The notes below the pieces were generated by a model. It ran no database searches, had not been told where the DNA came from, and saw nothing but the letters and a program-made list of their open reading frames with translations. This document shows positions 18,384-29,224 of a DNA stretch of 64,000 bases, piece by piece. Source of the stretch: an uncultured Chloroflexia bacterium (lineage in GTDB: Bacteria; Chloroflexota; Anaerolineae; Anaerolineales; Anaerolineaceae); NCBI GenBank assembly GCA_963828855.1, contig CAWHGB010000003.1, positions 19,457 through 83,456 on the forward strand, given 5' to 3'. The position numbers were made by a program, and so were the translations under genes. Numbering within the stretch: the stretch's first letter is position 1; each line of letters begins with the position of its first letter.

Positions 18384-18587
18384 CTATTGGGCAGGCTGCT
18401 CGGGGACAGCGATCCACATGATTACGTAAACCCAAAACCCGATGCTTGCGCCAAAGATGGCTGTGATCACGAAGATCAGGCGCACCACCACCGGGTCGAT
18501 GTTGAGGTATTCAGCCAGCCCCCCGCTAACGCCAGCCACCATCCGGCTGTTCCGGGATCGATATAATTTTTTGGGTTCAGATGCCAT
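18384..18587 (-). CDS. PspC-domain membrane protein
   Basis: 67 aa. KLYRSRNSRMVAGVSGGLAEYLNIDPVVVRLIFV is the PspC domain, followed by a TM helix. Confidence 0.8.
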   Translation of the reverse strand: MASEPKKLYRSRNSRMVAGVSGGLAEYLNIDPVVVRLIFVITAIFGASIGFWVYVIMWIAVPEQPAQ

Positions 18588-18753
18588 TCTTTACTCCTCA
18601 ATGGATTTTGTTGAATTATATACGCTGCAGCCATAGAGGGGTTGCAGCCAGGTGCTAACTAAGATTTCTCTTATAACATTTATAATCCCTTGATATTAAG
18701 AATTAATTATGATATTTTAGATATAAATAGTAATAAAAAGAAAGAAGGTTGAA

Positions 18754-19140
18754 ATGAAAAAAGCGTTCGGGTTGGTTTCTTTACTTGCAGTTGTGGTTTT
18801 CCTTCTCGCTGCCTGCCAGGCAGCTCCGGCTGCCACCCAGGCTCCCGAAGCGCCGCAGCCTTCCGCCCCCTCAGGCGGATCAGGCGCTCCCGTGGAGATT
18901 CTCATCCAAAGTTTTGCCTTCAGGCCTGAATCGGTAACTGTTGCTGCTGGAACTGAGGTGAAATGGACGAACGTGGATTCACCTGGTCATAACATCATGA
19001 GTGATGATGGATCCACTATCAAGTCCCCAAAACTGGCAAAAGGCGAATCCTGGTCAATGGTTTTTACCACCCCAGGGACATACACCTATATTTGCTCAAT
19101 TCATCCGAGTATGAAGGGTACAATTATCGTTACCCAATAA
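18754..19140 (+). CDS. Cupredoxin (plastocyanin/amicyanin-like blue copper) lipoprotein
   Basis: Signal peptide with a lipobox (LLAAC). Copper ligands are present in GHN...YICSIHPSMKG. Confidence 0.8.
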   Translation: MKKAFGLVSLLAVVVFLLAACQAAPAATQAPEAPQPSAPSGGSGAPVEILIQSFAFRPESVTVAAGTEVKWTNVDSPGHNIMSDDGSTIKSPKLAKGESWSMVFTTPGTYTYICSIHPSMKGTIIVTQ

Positions 19141-19152
19141 GTAGTAAATTGC

Positions 19153-19181
19153 AAACCGCCCGGGTAAGCCGGGCGGTTTTT
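19153..19181. terminator. Bidirectional intrinsic terminator between convergent genes
   Basis: aaaccgcccgg-gtaag-ccgggcggttttt forms an 11-bp stem flanked by A and T runs. Confidence 0.75.
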
Positions 19182-21125
19182 CAATCCATAACTGTTCCTA
19201 CGACTTCTTCCACAAATTCATCGATCAATTCTGCACCATGAAGCGTACGGAAGAATGGTGAACCGGTATGACTGCGGGCGATCAGGCGGTTATACCAGGG
19301 CTGCTTTTCTGAAACCACCTGTCGAACTGTCTTCAAGCAGCGTTCAATATCTTCAGGCGTGTTTTCCAACCCGATGCTGATGCGAACCAACCCGGGCATG
19401 ACCAGCTTGGTAAAACGGCTGAGAAAGATAAACCCGATATCCACCAGCCGGGCGCGAAGAGTGCCTATTTTTAATAACCGCTTGACCAACAGGTGAGAGC
19501 AAAAACAACCACTCCTCACATCCTATGCCTCCCAGCTCTGCCAGCCGGTTCGAGGCGATATTGAAAGGGGTATCTTCAAATTCGAACGTCACCACCCCGC
19601 TGCGGCGATGCATCCGGGGATGGCTGGCATCTCGGATGCCGTAGATTTCTACGCCGGGTATGGAATTCAACCCCTTCAATAATTGCAGGGTCAACACCCG
19701 TTCGTCTTCTTCAACTATTTCCATCCCAATGCGAACCAGCAGGCGTAAAACCGCTGCCAGGCTGACGATCCCTGCAACGTTCGTCTCCCCGGAGGATTTC
19801 AACTTGTTTACCGTATCAGTATCCATCTGGAATACCGATCTGCGGAGGATCAATGCGCCGGTCCCAAACGGGGCATATACTTTATGCCCGGAGAAAACCA
19901 GGGCATCAATCCCGCTTGATTCCATGCGGATAGGCCGGTGGGCGATCAACTGGGCGGCATCCACCAGCAATTTCGCGTCGTACTTGTGCGTGATCGCGCT
20001 GATCGTTTCCAGGTCGTTCAACGCGCCAAGAACGTTGGAGGCTCCACTGATCGAAACCCAGCGGATGGGTTGGACCTTGCCTTCACGATTGTGCTCTTTT
20101 AGAAGTTGTTCAAGTTTTACCAGGTCGATGAAACCATCGCCATCGGCTTCCAGGCGGATCAGGCTCAGACCCTGGGTACACCGCCAGGGAAGTTCGTTGG
20201 AGTTGTGCTCGATCAGTGAATTGAGAACCAGCATCTTCTCGCCCTCAGCCAGGGAATCCGCGGCAAGCCTGGCAAATGTATTCAACCCTTCCGTCGTGTT
20301 GGAGGTGAAGATCAGCTCATATTCTTTTTCCGGTGCCCCCACAAAATCCAAACATATCTTTTTCGCTTCAGCAATCACGTTCGCATAAACTGACTGGGGG
20401 ATTCGTAGGCTCTGCCGGAAACATTCCCAGACCGGCTCAAAGCTGGGGGTGCTCGCGCCGTTATCCAAGTTTGTGTAAGGCAATAAACCATCCTCTGTGG
20501 GGACGAGCACTTCCCTGCCCACCAATTGTGGCTTAATCCAGTCAAGTAGGTCCTGACCGCCCATTGCTTGGGGAAATGGATTCTTCATATCCTTGATGAG
20601 GTTTTTTACATTACCTGTTTTTTCAGTAAAAACGAGCTTTTCTTTTAGTTGAAGCTGCAAAGCACGGGCGAAGGTGATGATGTTAAGGATCGCGGGTGTC
20701 CCGGCTTCGTAACGGTCGGGCGGACCTGCCCAGAGTACGTGGTTTTCGGAGACCACCCGCACCGTGCCGCCCCCGGTTTCAAATGGAATACCATTGGGCA
20801 GCTTATCCTTACGGATGGCAAGCGCGCAAATTCCGAGGGGCAATCCCAAATCCTGGCTGGTGATCTCCCTGCAATTATCCAAACCGACCATGTTTTTTAA
20901 TACATCCGCCCGCTGCGGGTTGGCGAAAATAACCACGAACTGCCTGGCATCCAAGCCGAGGTATTCAAGGACGATCTCACGGGATTGATCGAACAACCGG
21001 GTGGAAACCAGCGAATTATGCCCCGCGCCGCGATGGACATTAGAGTACATCTGCAAAGCGTGATAGGCAGATTCTTCCAGCCGGGAAAAAGCATCGGAAT
21101 TCGAAGCAGTTGATTTTTTGGACAT
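19181..21125 (-). CDS. Class V aminotransferase-fold PLP enzyme (cysteine desulfurase-like, long form); apparent frameshift near 19520
   Basis: N-terminus ...YSNVHRGAGHNSLVS. Track ORFs 19353..21125 and 19181..19519 join at ...LAELGGIG/VRSGCFCSHLLVKRLL...VRISIGLENT, which is the conserved C-terminal motif of this fold. Confidence 0.75.
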
Positions 21126-21182
21126 TTCGGTTTAAGTGTGCGAATTATATCGCATGCCACTTGGGGATGAAATTGACAGCGA

Positions 21183-21632
21183 TTATTTGAATTTCCCCAT
21201 TACCAGCATCCCATCATGGGTCAGCCCTACCTTACGAAAAAAGTTACCGATACGCAGCAAGCGTGCGAAATACCCCGCCAGGTCGGATTGGGAAAGAGGC
21301 TCGAACCCGAATTTCCGGTAGAAGGATCCCAGCGATGTCCGGCAGGTGAGAAAAAGCGGTGGAGGATTTTCGACCATCAGACGTTCGATTATTAGCGTGG
21401 CGATGCCTTTTCCCTGGAAAGCTGGGATGACCGCGATGGAGGCCAGCTCGCGAGTGCTGTCGTAATGCGTTTTGATCTGACCAGTGCCCACCACCCGGTC
21501 ATTTTCATCCACTGCCAGGATGAAATGCTGCCATTTCAGCGCAAGTGGGTTGATGCGCGCTTCGCGGATGATCAATCGGATCGTTTTCGCGTCCGCTTCC
21601 CTTGCCTTGCGGAGATGGATTTTCCCAGTCAT
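21183..21632 (-). CDS. GNAT-family N-acetyltransferase
   Basis: Contains the acetyl-CoA motif FQGKGIATLIIERL. The internal Met at 21632 avoids an overlap with the end of gatB. Confidence 0.7.
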   Translation of the reverse strand: MTGKIHLRKAREADAKTIRLIIREARINPLALKWQHFILAVDENDRVVGTGQIKTHYDSTRELASIAVIPAFQGKGIATLIIERLMVENPPPLFLTCRTSLGSFYRKFGFEPLSQSDLAGYFARLLRIGNFFRKVGLTHDGMLVMGKFK

Positions 21633-21643
21633 CAGATTGTGGG

Positions 21644-23081
21644 TCAAGATTGTAAAAGCTCGGCAAGGATCTTTCCAGCAATCTGAGGGTCCGCCTTGCC
21701 GCGCATCTTGCGCATCACCTGTCCGACGAACCAACCCATCAGGGTGGGCTTGCCTGATTTGAAGGCGGCAACCTCACCTGGATTTTCTGCGATCACTTCC
21801 TCGCACGCAGTCCGTATGGCAGCGTCATCACTGACTAAACCCAGCCCTTCAGATTCCACGATCACTCCGGGGCTCCTGCCGCTGGATTCGACCTTTTCCA
21901 GCAGTGACTTGGCCGTGGAGTTGTTGATCTTCCCGGTATCCACCAGGTGGATTAGTTCTGCCAGGTATTCAGGTGTTAATTTCATTTCGCCAGCAGTGAT
22001 CCCGCGGTCGTTGATAAAGCGCAGGATGTCATTCATCATCCAATTGGAGACCTTCTTGGGGTCACCTTTATAAGCCTTGACCGCGGATTCGAAATAATCC
22101 GAAAGGCTGCGCTCGGAGGTGAGGATCTCTGCGTCGTAGGCGGGCAGGGAATAATCCTGCATAAACCGGCTGCGCCGTTCGAGTGGCAGCTCGGGAAATT
22201 CCGCCAGGATGGACGACTTCCAGCTCTCATCCAGCTGAATGGGGAGCAAATCGGGCTCGCGGAAGTAGCGGTAATCAGCCTCGGTCTCCTTGGAGCGCAT
22301 TTTCTTCAGTTTCTTACGAGTTTCATCCCACTCCAGGGTCCAGGATTCGATCCTGTGACCGGCGACAACCTCCGCTTTTTGACGTTCGATCTCGGTGAGA
22401 ATGGCTTCCTTGACCGCGTCGATGGAGTTAACGTTTTTGATCTCAGTTTTCACATTTAGATGGTCAGCTCCCACCGGTCGGATGGAGACGTTAGCATCGC
22501 AGCGCAAATGTCCCTTTTCCATGTCGGCTTCCGAGATCCCCAGCCAGCGCAGCAATTGGCGAAGGCGGATCAGGTACTGCGAGGCTTCATCCGCCGAGCG
22601 CAGGTCGGGACCTGTGACCATTTCAATGAGAGGAACCCCGCAGCGGTTGAAATCGATCATCCTGCGGCTGCCTTCATTTTTCGTCTTTCCGGCGTCCTCT
22701 TCGATGTGAAGCTTGTGGATGGAGATTCGCCTGAGTCGCGCCATCGGGCATGGGTAGATCCAGGAAACCACCGCTGGCCAGGGATTGGTCAAATTGCGAG
22801 ATCTGGTATCCCTTGGGCAAGTCGGGATAGAAATAATTCTTGCGGTCAAAGAAAGAAGTGGATCGGATCTGGGAGTGCATTGCGTGGGCGAGGATGACCG
22901 CTTTTTCAACCACTGACTTGTTCAGCACCGGGAGAACACCCGGGAACCCGCAGCAGACCGGGCAGATGTTTGTGTTCGCCGGCTCTTCCCAGGAATCTGC
23001 CTTGCAGGAACAGAAGATCTTGGATTCAGTGTTGAGTTGAATGTGGGTTTCAAGCCCGATCACGGGTTCATACTCGGTCAT
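21644..23081 (-). CDS. gatB: Asp/Glu-tRNA amidotransferase subunit B; apparent frameshift near 22740
   Basis: N-terminus MTEYEPVIGLETHIQLNTESKIFCSC...RKNYFYPDLPKGYQISQ. It continues in a second frame as ...RISIHKLHIEEDAGK...FNRCGVPLIEMVTGPD... to the GatB/YqeY C-terminal tail. Confidence 0.9.
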
Positions 23082-24283
23082 TTGCTTCTCCGCAGGATAA
23101 GTTGAGATCAAGAAGGATGAAATTAAATCCGCATGCCCCAATCGCATCGGCTCGAATTGAAACACCAGGCAAGAACCCGGTGGGCTCCAGGGTATCCGTT
23201 GCGGTTGGCGTGTCGCTGGGTGCCTGGGTGGGCTGGGGGGTAATGGTGGCAGTTTCGGTGGGGGGCAGGGTGTTCGTCGGGGGCTGGATTGTCACCGTTG
23301 GTGTGGGAGTTCGGGTGGGTGTTCGCGTGGGTGTGCGGGTGGGTGTACGGGAAGGAGCCACTGTCGGACCCACGGAGTAGGCGGCATGCAGGATGTAATA
23401 GGGTCCCCATGGACCGGTTGCGACCCCAGCGCCGATATCGGTGAGGTAGGGATTCGTGGCGGGGATCATATGGAGAGAATCAGACCAGGCGGCCATGATT
23501 TGGGGCAGGGTAGCAAAACCGCGTGCCCAATTTTCGGTGGCGAAAACTGTGGCACCATTCCCATACCCGGCAGCCGCAATCCTGCCAGAGACGTTTCCGA
23601 TATGACCATTCAGGTGGTTGGCCGCCATGTATTCTGCGGTCCACTGCGCCGTACCCATCAGGATCGAATTCACCTTCAGGGCGGGGTAACCATTGGCCAC
23701 GCGCAGCTGGTTCATGGCGTTGATCAACTGCATCGCGCTTACGGGTCCCGCGGGAGTGATCTGCCCCCCGTTGTATGTAGGTGATGCGGTCAGGGTAGGA
23801 CCAGGTGTGCGGGTTAAAAGTACGGGTGGCGGTTGGACCAGCGGTGCGGGTTCTTGAGGCTGTCTGGCTCGGTCCTGGCAGCGTTTTCGTTGAAGTTGGA
23901 AGGGCGGTGGTGGGTTTCTTCGTGGGTGTGGCGGTGCGATATATTGTGGCAGTCCGGCTGGCCGTCGGGAAATTAGTGGAACCCGCAAGGGTTTGCGTCG
24001 TTGTTGCCGACGGGTTCAGAGTGACCGTACCGGTTTGGGAGCCGGTTGGCGAGAGCGATAGGCTCGCAGTTACGACTGCGGTTGAAGTCGCAATCGCGCT
24101 CGGTAAAGGAGTCATGGTCAAAGGTAAAAATGGCGTCAGGCTTGGTGGAGGGGTGAGCGACTGGGTGGGGGTGACGCTTGCCGTCGGCGGAAGGATATAC
24201 CCGGCCATCTCCTGGGGAATTAGGCAGGCGGCCGAAATCAAGGCGATCAGGAAGAAAAGGAATGTGATCCGGGACTGCTTCAC
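23068..24283 (-). CDS. Secreted/lipo-anchored CAP (SCP/PR-1-like) domain protein with Pro/Thr-rich linkers; apparent frameshift near 23815
   Basis: GTG start at 24283 and signal peptide MKQSRITFLFFLIALISAAC. The CAP-like core reads ...LINAMNQLRVANGYPALKVNSILMGTAQWTAEYMAANHLNGH...ENWA.. A (TRTP)n linker is present. Two track ORFs (23480..24283 and 23068..23988) join in a tttt run. Confidence 0.65.
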
Positions 24284-25872
24284 CCCAGCACCTTGGGTTG
24301 TTCCTTTCGCCAGGGATCCCCTTCGGTGGCTTGCTCGTATGCACGGGCGATGCGTAGAAGTTTTCCTTCCTGGAAATCCGCACCCAAGAACTGGATGCCG
24401 ATGGGCAGCCTTTTTGAATCCAATCCGGCAGGAATCGAGATCGCGGGGGTACCAGCATGATTGGCTGCTACGGTCAATTGGTCCGCAAACTGCATCAGCA
24501 CCGAATCACCGTATACCGCTCCGATCTCGAACGCGGTGGTGGGAGTCGTTGGGGTTAACATCGCATCCAGGCGGTATGGACCATTCGGATTAAAAGCGAG
24601 TTCAAAATCGCGGCGGATCATTGCGCGCACTTTGAGCGCGCGGTTGTAATACTGCTGGCTGTACTGGGCAGCGCTGACATACATCCCCATTAGAATCCGT
24701 AATTTTGGCTGGGGACCGAATCCCTGGGAACGAGATTTTCGGTAAAGGGTCTTCAGGTCAGGTGTGGGATCCGCGGTACGGTAACCGTATTTCACCCCGT
24801 CAAAGCGGTGCAGGTTGGAAGCGGCTTCCACCCGGCTGATGACGAAATAGGCCGGGATGCCATAGCGCGTGTTTGGCATAGGCACATCTTGCACGATCTC
24901 CGCGCCCAGGGATCTCAGGATCTCTGACGCGCGCAGGATGGATTCCGCGATCTCATCCGGGAGGTTCTGATCCCGATATTCGCCGCTTTCAGCATCCGGG
25001 TAGGAAATGCGGAAGTAATCGGGGGAGAGGCCGATCCGCATCCCTTTAACCCCTTTTTCAAGCTCAGCCAGGTAATCCCCTGTTGGAACTGCTGCTGAGG
25101 TTGCATCGCGTGGGTCGCTCCCGGCGGTCACCTGAAGCATAAGTGCGGCATCCTTCACGGTCCGGCTGACCGGCCCCGGGCAATCCAGCGATGAGCCAAA
25201 GGCGATCAACCCATATCGGGATACCCGCCCATAGGTGGGCTTGAGCCCAACCACCCCGCAGAAGGCGGCCGGCTGGCGGATGGACCCGGCGGTATCAGTC
25301 CCCAGGGAAAGTGCTGATTCCCCAGCAGCCACCGATGCCGTGCTCCCTCCCGAGGACCCGCCGGCCACCCGGGAAGGCTCCCAGGGGTTGCGCGGGCAGG
25401 GCTGGAAAGCGGAGGATTCAGAGGAGGATCCGTAGGTGAATTCATCCAGGTTGGCTTTACCGGTCATCACCGTGCCGGCTTTGAAGAGACGCTCCACCGG
25501 TGTGGCTGTGTAGGGGGCAGTGTAATTCGCGAGGATGCGCGAGGCGGCTGTGGAGGGAGTATTCTTCACGCAGAAGATATCCTTGATCGAGACCGGCACT
25601 CCTGCCAGCAGACCGGGATCCTCCCCGCGGGTGATCTGTGCATCCACTTCATTCGCTTGTTTTTGGGCGATTTCGCGGGTGATGGTGATGAAGGAATGGA
25701 CTTTTTTCTTGTCATCGGTAGTGATCTCACCCGGTTCCAGGCATCCGGTTCGTCCTTCCACCATGTCAATCCGGTTTAGCGTGGATTCGAGCACCTCCCG
25801 TGCGGATGCTTTTTTTTGTTTCACCAGGTCGGCGATTTGATAGGCGGGCAGGTCACAGAGTTCCATGCTCAA
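24280..25872 (-). CDS. gatA: Asp/Glu-tRNA amidotransferase subunit A
   Basis: 530 aa with the amidase signature (GGSSGGS, ..VPVSIKD..). Its start overlaps the gatC stop by 4 nt. Confidence 0.9.
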   Translation of the reverse strand: MSMELCDLPAYQIADLVKQKKASAREVLESTLNRIDMVEGRTGCLEPGEITTDDKKKVHSFITITREIAQKQANEVDAQITRGEDPGLLAGVPVSIKDIFCVKNTPSTAASRILANYTAPYTATPVERLFKAGTVMTGKANLDEFTYGSSSESSAFQPCPRNPWEPSRVAGGSSGGSTASVAAGESALSLGTDTAGSIRQPAAFCGVVGLKPTYGRVSRYGLIAFGSSLDCPGPVSRTVKDAALMLQVTAGSDPRDATSAAVPTGDYLAELEKGVKGMRIGLSPDYFRISYPDAESGEYRDQNLPDEIAESILRASEILRSLGAEIVQDVPMPNTRYGIPAYFVISRVEAASNLHRFDGVKYGYRTADPTPDLKTLYRKSRSQGFGPQPKLRILMGMYVSAAQYSQQYYNRALKVRAMIRRDFELAFNPNGPYRLDAMLTPTTPTTAFEIGAVYGDSVLMQFADQLTVAANHAGTPAISIPAGLDSKRLPIGIQFLGADFQEGKLLRIARAYEQATEGDPWRKEQPKVLG

Positions 25873-26180
25873 CCCAGTTCCTGGTGGGGAATATCCGGGA
25901 CGATGACGTAGCCATCTTCAAACTGCGGGAATTGCGCGGTGAGAAGATCGCGATCATTGAATTTTGCGGTTTTATCGAGGCGCAACGATTGACGGTTTTC
26001 CACCGGGTAGGGTACACCATGGATCTCGGTGGGGAGCGAATCGTCGAGGGGTACAGCCGCCAGTTCTTCGATGGTTTTTAGCTGGCGGTTCAACTGCTCC
26101 CGCAGGTAATCAGCCTGGTCCGCTTCGAATTCGAAGGATGCCAGTTCGACAAGGTGGGTGAAGATTTCTGGTTCGATCAT
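25869..26180 (-). CDS. gatC: Asp/Glu-tRNA amidotransferase subunit C
   Basis: MIEPEIFTHLVELASFEFEADQADYLREQLNRQLKTIEEL is GatC-like. The Met at 26180 has an aaggaa RBS. The track start at 26204 has none. Confidence 0.8.
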   Translation of the reverse strand: MIEPEIFTHLVELASFEFEADQADYLREQLNRQLKTIEELAAVPLDDSLPTEIHGVPYPVENRQSLRLDKTAKFNDRDLLTAQFPQFEDGYVIVPDIPHQELG

Positions 26181-26267
26181 GGTTTCCTTATTGTGCGTGT
26201 TCATTACGGAACGGTCCCGGAGCTAGGGACCGTTAGAGTTAAAAATTAAAACCGAAAAGATTTTACA

Positions 26268-26705
26268 TTACGGGCAGGGGGTGCCAAGTGCAGCTTGGGT
26301 CAGACAATAATCAATGGTCGCTTGAATGTTTGCTGTCGGTTGGGTTGTATTCGTCGGCACCCGGGTATCCGTAGCAGTTTTCGTTATGGTGGGGGTATTT
26401 GTCCTTGTAGGTGTGTTTGTTGGCGTGGACGTGAAGGTGGGCAAAACCCAACCGGTTCGGGTGGGTGGAATTGTCTGTGTGGGAGGGAGGTTGACACTGC
26501 CGGGGGGTGTGGCCGTCCAAGTGGGAGGCATGGAGCGCAAGGTAGGGGTGCTTGTGGGGAGCTCGATTATGGCAGGCATGGTGGGCGGGGGAAAAGGATT
26601 TAGGGGGGAATTCGGGTCCATCGCGATCTGAGCGAAAACGACCACCAGGCAGCAGATACTCACCAAACCGATGATGGAAAGAATGTCCCATAACCGCGAA
26701 TTCAT
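26268..26705 (-). CDS. Membrane-anchored Pro/Thr-rich protein, unknown function
   Basis: The ATG at 26705 follows aggagg. One TM helix is followed by PT-rich low-complexity sequence and a C-terminal Cys pair. Confidence 0.55.
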   Translation of the reverse strand: MNSRLWDILSIIGLVSICCLVVVFAQIAMDPNSPLNPFPPPTMPAIIELPTSTPTLRSMPPTWTATPPGSVNLPPTQTIPPTRTGWVLPTFTSTPTNTPTRTNTPTITKTATDTRVPTNTTQPTANIQATIDYCLTQAALGTPCP

Positions 26706-26860
26706 ACAATCCTCCTGCTCTTTATGCCTGATATGCCTTTCTGTCAGTATAGCCGAGAAATTAACCCTGTCAAGCACGCCATGAGATTACGGAATTGTTA
26801 GGTCGTAAATGACCTCCATCCTGAAAAGGTGAGTAAAAAGCTGGAATATAATCTAACTCG

Positions 26861-29224
26861 ATGAGCACTGATCCCCTTCCGGAATCAAATCCCGAAAAAA
26901 ACCTGCCGGTTAACCCCGCGCAAGTGGAGATCAATCTTGACCTGGAGCCCGGGACGGATCTGGAAGTCAGGCTGGTTGCTCGGACCGAAAATGGAAAACC
27001 GCTCGCGTCCAGGGTGGTGAAGTTCCGCAACCCGGCATCACCCGGGAAGGGATCAACTTCTTCCATCAAAATTGATGAAGAGGAAATTCCCGTTTCAAAG
27101 AATGATAACTTTGAGCCCAGCACCCGCTCCCCGGTCCGGGAAAAATCGGGTCTGTTTTGGGCCGGCTTTCTGATGTGGTGGGCGAATCTGGGGCGATCCT
27201 GGGGCAAACGATCGACCTTCTGGTTGTTTGTCAGTGCCGTGATGATCTACCTGGTTACACGCCTGATCGCGCTGGAATCCTTCCCGATCTACTTCTTTAC
27301 CGATGAGGCAGTACAGACCATCCTTGCTCAGGATTTTCTCCGGGATGGCTTCACCAGCTATAACCACGAATTCCTTCCCACTTACTTCGTCAACGGCTCA
27401 CAGTATAACCTGAGCACTTCGGTCTACCTGCAGGTGCTGCCCCTGGCGATCTTCGGGAAATCCATGTTCGTGACCCGTGCCACAAGTGTTTTGGTCACGG
27501 TGCTGGCCGCGGTTGCGGTCGGATTGACTATGTTGAAGGTATTCAAAAGCCGCTTTTCCTGGCTCGCCATCCTGCTCCTTTCGATCACACCGGCTTGGTT
27601 CCTGCACTCGCGCACCGCTTTTGAAACAGCGCTGGCCACCACTTTCTACGCAGTCTTTATTTATTGTTACCTGATCTACCGAACACAGAATCCCCGCTTC
27701 ATTTATGGCGCGGTTGCCGCGGGTGCGCTCTGTTTTTATAGTTACAGCCCCGCCCAGATGGTCATGCTGATCTCAGCAGTGCTCCTGGTTTTATCTGATT
27801 TGAAATATCATCGTGAGCACTGGAAGATGATTTTAAAAGCCTTCGGACTTGCCATTGTGCTCGCACTTCCATACTTCCGCTTCCTTGCAGCGCATGGCGA
27901 GGAGAATTATCGCCACCTGATCATCCTGCAATCCTACTGGTTATCCGATAAAACCCTGCCGCAAAAACTGGGTATCTTTGGCTTGGAATACCTCAAAGGG
28001 TTGAATCCCTTCTACTGGTTCCTGCCCAATAATACGGATTTTGTGCGTCACGTGATGAAAGGCTATGGTCATATCCTGCTCGTGACCCTGCCCTTCTTCG
28101 TGGTGGGGATCATCCAATGTTTGCGTCATTTCCGTAAACCTGAATACCGTGCCCTGCTGATCTTCTTCCTGGCTGCGCCGGCGGGGGCTGCTCTGGTGGA
28201 ACTGGGGGTTACCCGCGCATTGTTCATGGTAATCCCGGTGGTGTTGTTGACTGCCATCGGGATTGAACTTGTGTTGGTTTGGCTGGAAAAACGACGCATT
28301 TCGCATAACGCCCTCGCAGGCGGATTGTTTGCCGGACTGGCTCTATTCAACTTTTACATGCTGCGGGATACGGTGATCAATGGATCGGTCTGGTACACCG
28401 ATTACGGGTTGGGAGGAATGCAATATGGTGGCAAGGAGCTTTTCGGAGAAGCCCGCCAATTCCTGCAGGAGAACCCGGGCACCTACCTGTTGATCACGCC
28501 ATCCTGGGCCAACGGGGCGGATATTCTTGCCCGCTTTTTCTTCAACGATCCGCAGCCATTCCAGCTTGGGAGTATCGATGGGTACATCGACCAGAAACAA
28601 CCCCTCACCGCAAACACAGTTTTCGTGGTAACGCCAGAGGAATTAGACCGGTTGAAAGCCACGGGAAAATTTACCAACCTGCGCATCCTGAAAACCATGC
28701 CGTATCCTACCGGCAAGCCGGGTTTCTATTTCATCAAGATCGATTATGTGCCAAACATTGATGAAATTTTCACTGCTGAAAAAGCCTCCCGCTTGAGCTT
28801 CCAGGAATCCAACATCAACCTCGAAGATGGCACCCCTGTGAGAGTCCGCTATTCACCATTGGATATGGGACCGATTCAGAATGCTTTTGATGATAATGAA
28901 GGCACACTTATCCGCTCGGAACAAGCCAATCCTTTAAAGATGCAGCTTTTCTTCAAAAATACGCGCGATATGCAAAAAATCTCTGTGCGGGTGGGTGGTA
29001 CTCCCACGGAGGTGACAGTGGAAGTGTACTCACCTGGATCAGAGACTCCACTTATCTTTAAATCCGAAAAAGAGGAAACGCCTGATTCGCGGGTTGTGCC
29101 AGTCGACTTTGGTAAAGTGCTTTCGGTCTCGAGGATTGATATTTCTACCAAAAGCATCCGTGATGGTGAGCCTGCCCACGTGCACATCTGGGATATTGAT
29201 CTGCCCCAGGCAGCACCAAAATGA
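26861..29224 (+). CDS. GT39/ArnT-like (PMT_2 family) membrane glycosyltransferase with large C-terminal extracytoplasmic domain
   Basis: 787 aa. The first loop FPIYFFTDEAVQTILAQDFL has the D/E motif typical of GT-C enzymes, and more than 10 TM segments are present. Confidence 0.6.
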   Translation: MSTDPLPESNPEKNLPVNPAQVEINLDLEPGTDLEVRLVARTENGKPLASRVVKFRNPASPGKGSTSSIKIDEEEIPVSKNDNFEPSTRSPVREKSGLFWAGFLMWWANLGRSWGKRSTFWLFVSAVMIYLVTRLIALESFPIYFFTDEAVQTILAQDFLRDGFTSYNHEFLPTYFVNGSQYNLSTSVYLQVLPLAIFGKSMFVTRATSVLVTVLAAVAVGLTMLKVFKSRFSWLAILLLSITPAWFLHSRTAFETALATTFYAVFIYCYLIYRTQNPRFIYGAVAAGALCFYSYSPAQMVMLISAVLLVLSDLKYHREHWKMILKAFGLAIVLALPYFRFLAAHGEENYRHLIILQSYWLSDKTLPQKLGIFGLEYLKGLNPFYWFLPNNTDFVRHVMKGYGHILLVTLPFFVVGIIQCLRHFRKPEYRALLIFFLAAPAGAALVELGVTRALFMVIPVVLLTAIGIELVLVWLEKRRISHNALAGGLFAGLALFNFYMLRDTVINGSVWYTDYGLGGMQYGGKELFGEARQFLQENPGTYLLITPSWANGADILARFFFNDPQPFQLGSIDGYIDQKQPLTANTVFVVTPEELDRLKATGKFTNLRILKTMPYPTGKPGFYFIKIDYVPNIDEIFTAEKASRLSFQESNINLEDGTPVRVRYSPLDMGPIQNAFDDNEGTLIRSEQANPLKMQLFFKNTRDMQKISVRVGGTPTEVTVEVYSPGSETPLIFKSEKEETPDSRVVPVDFGKVLSVSRIDISTKSIRDGEPAHVHIWDIDLPQAAPK

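Noticed and set aside
21644-23081. Programmed ribosomal frameshifting or genuine pseudogenisation in gatB (and likewise rsmA and mutY)
   Set aside because: There is no slippery heptamer or downstream structure. The same kind of single-base disruption recurs in about 14 unrelated genes, often in homopolymers and sometimes as compensating pairs. Error is the simpler explanation.
23260-23350. Short tandem DNA repeat (about 12-nt units encoding TRTP TRTP TRTP) and other Pro/Thr-rich tracts (24000-24200, 26330-26560, 38870-38945) as possible mobile or contingency repeats
   Set aside because: They lie in frame within secreted or membrane proteins and look like ordinary low-complexity PT linkers. 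The repeats are imperfect and there is no evidence of phase variation.
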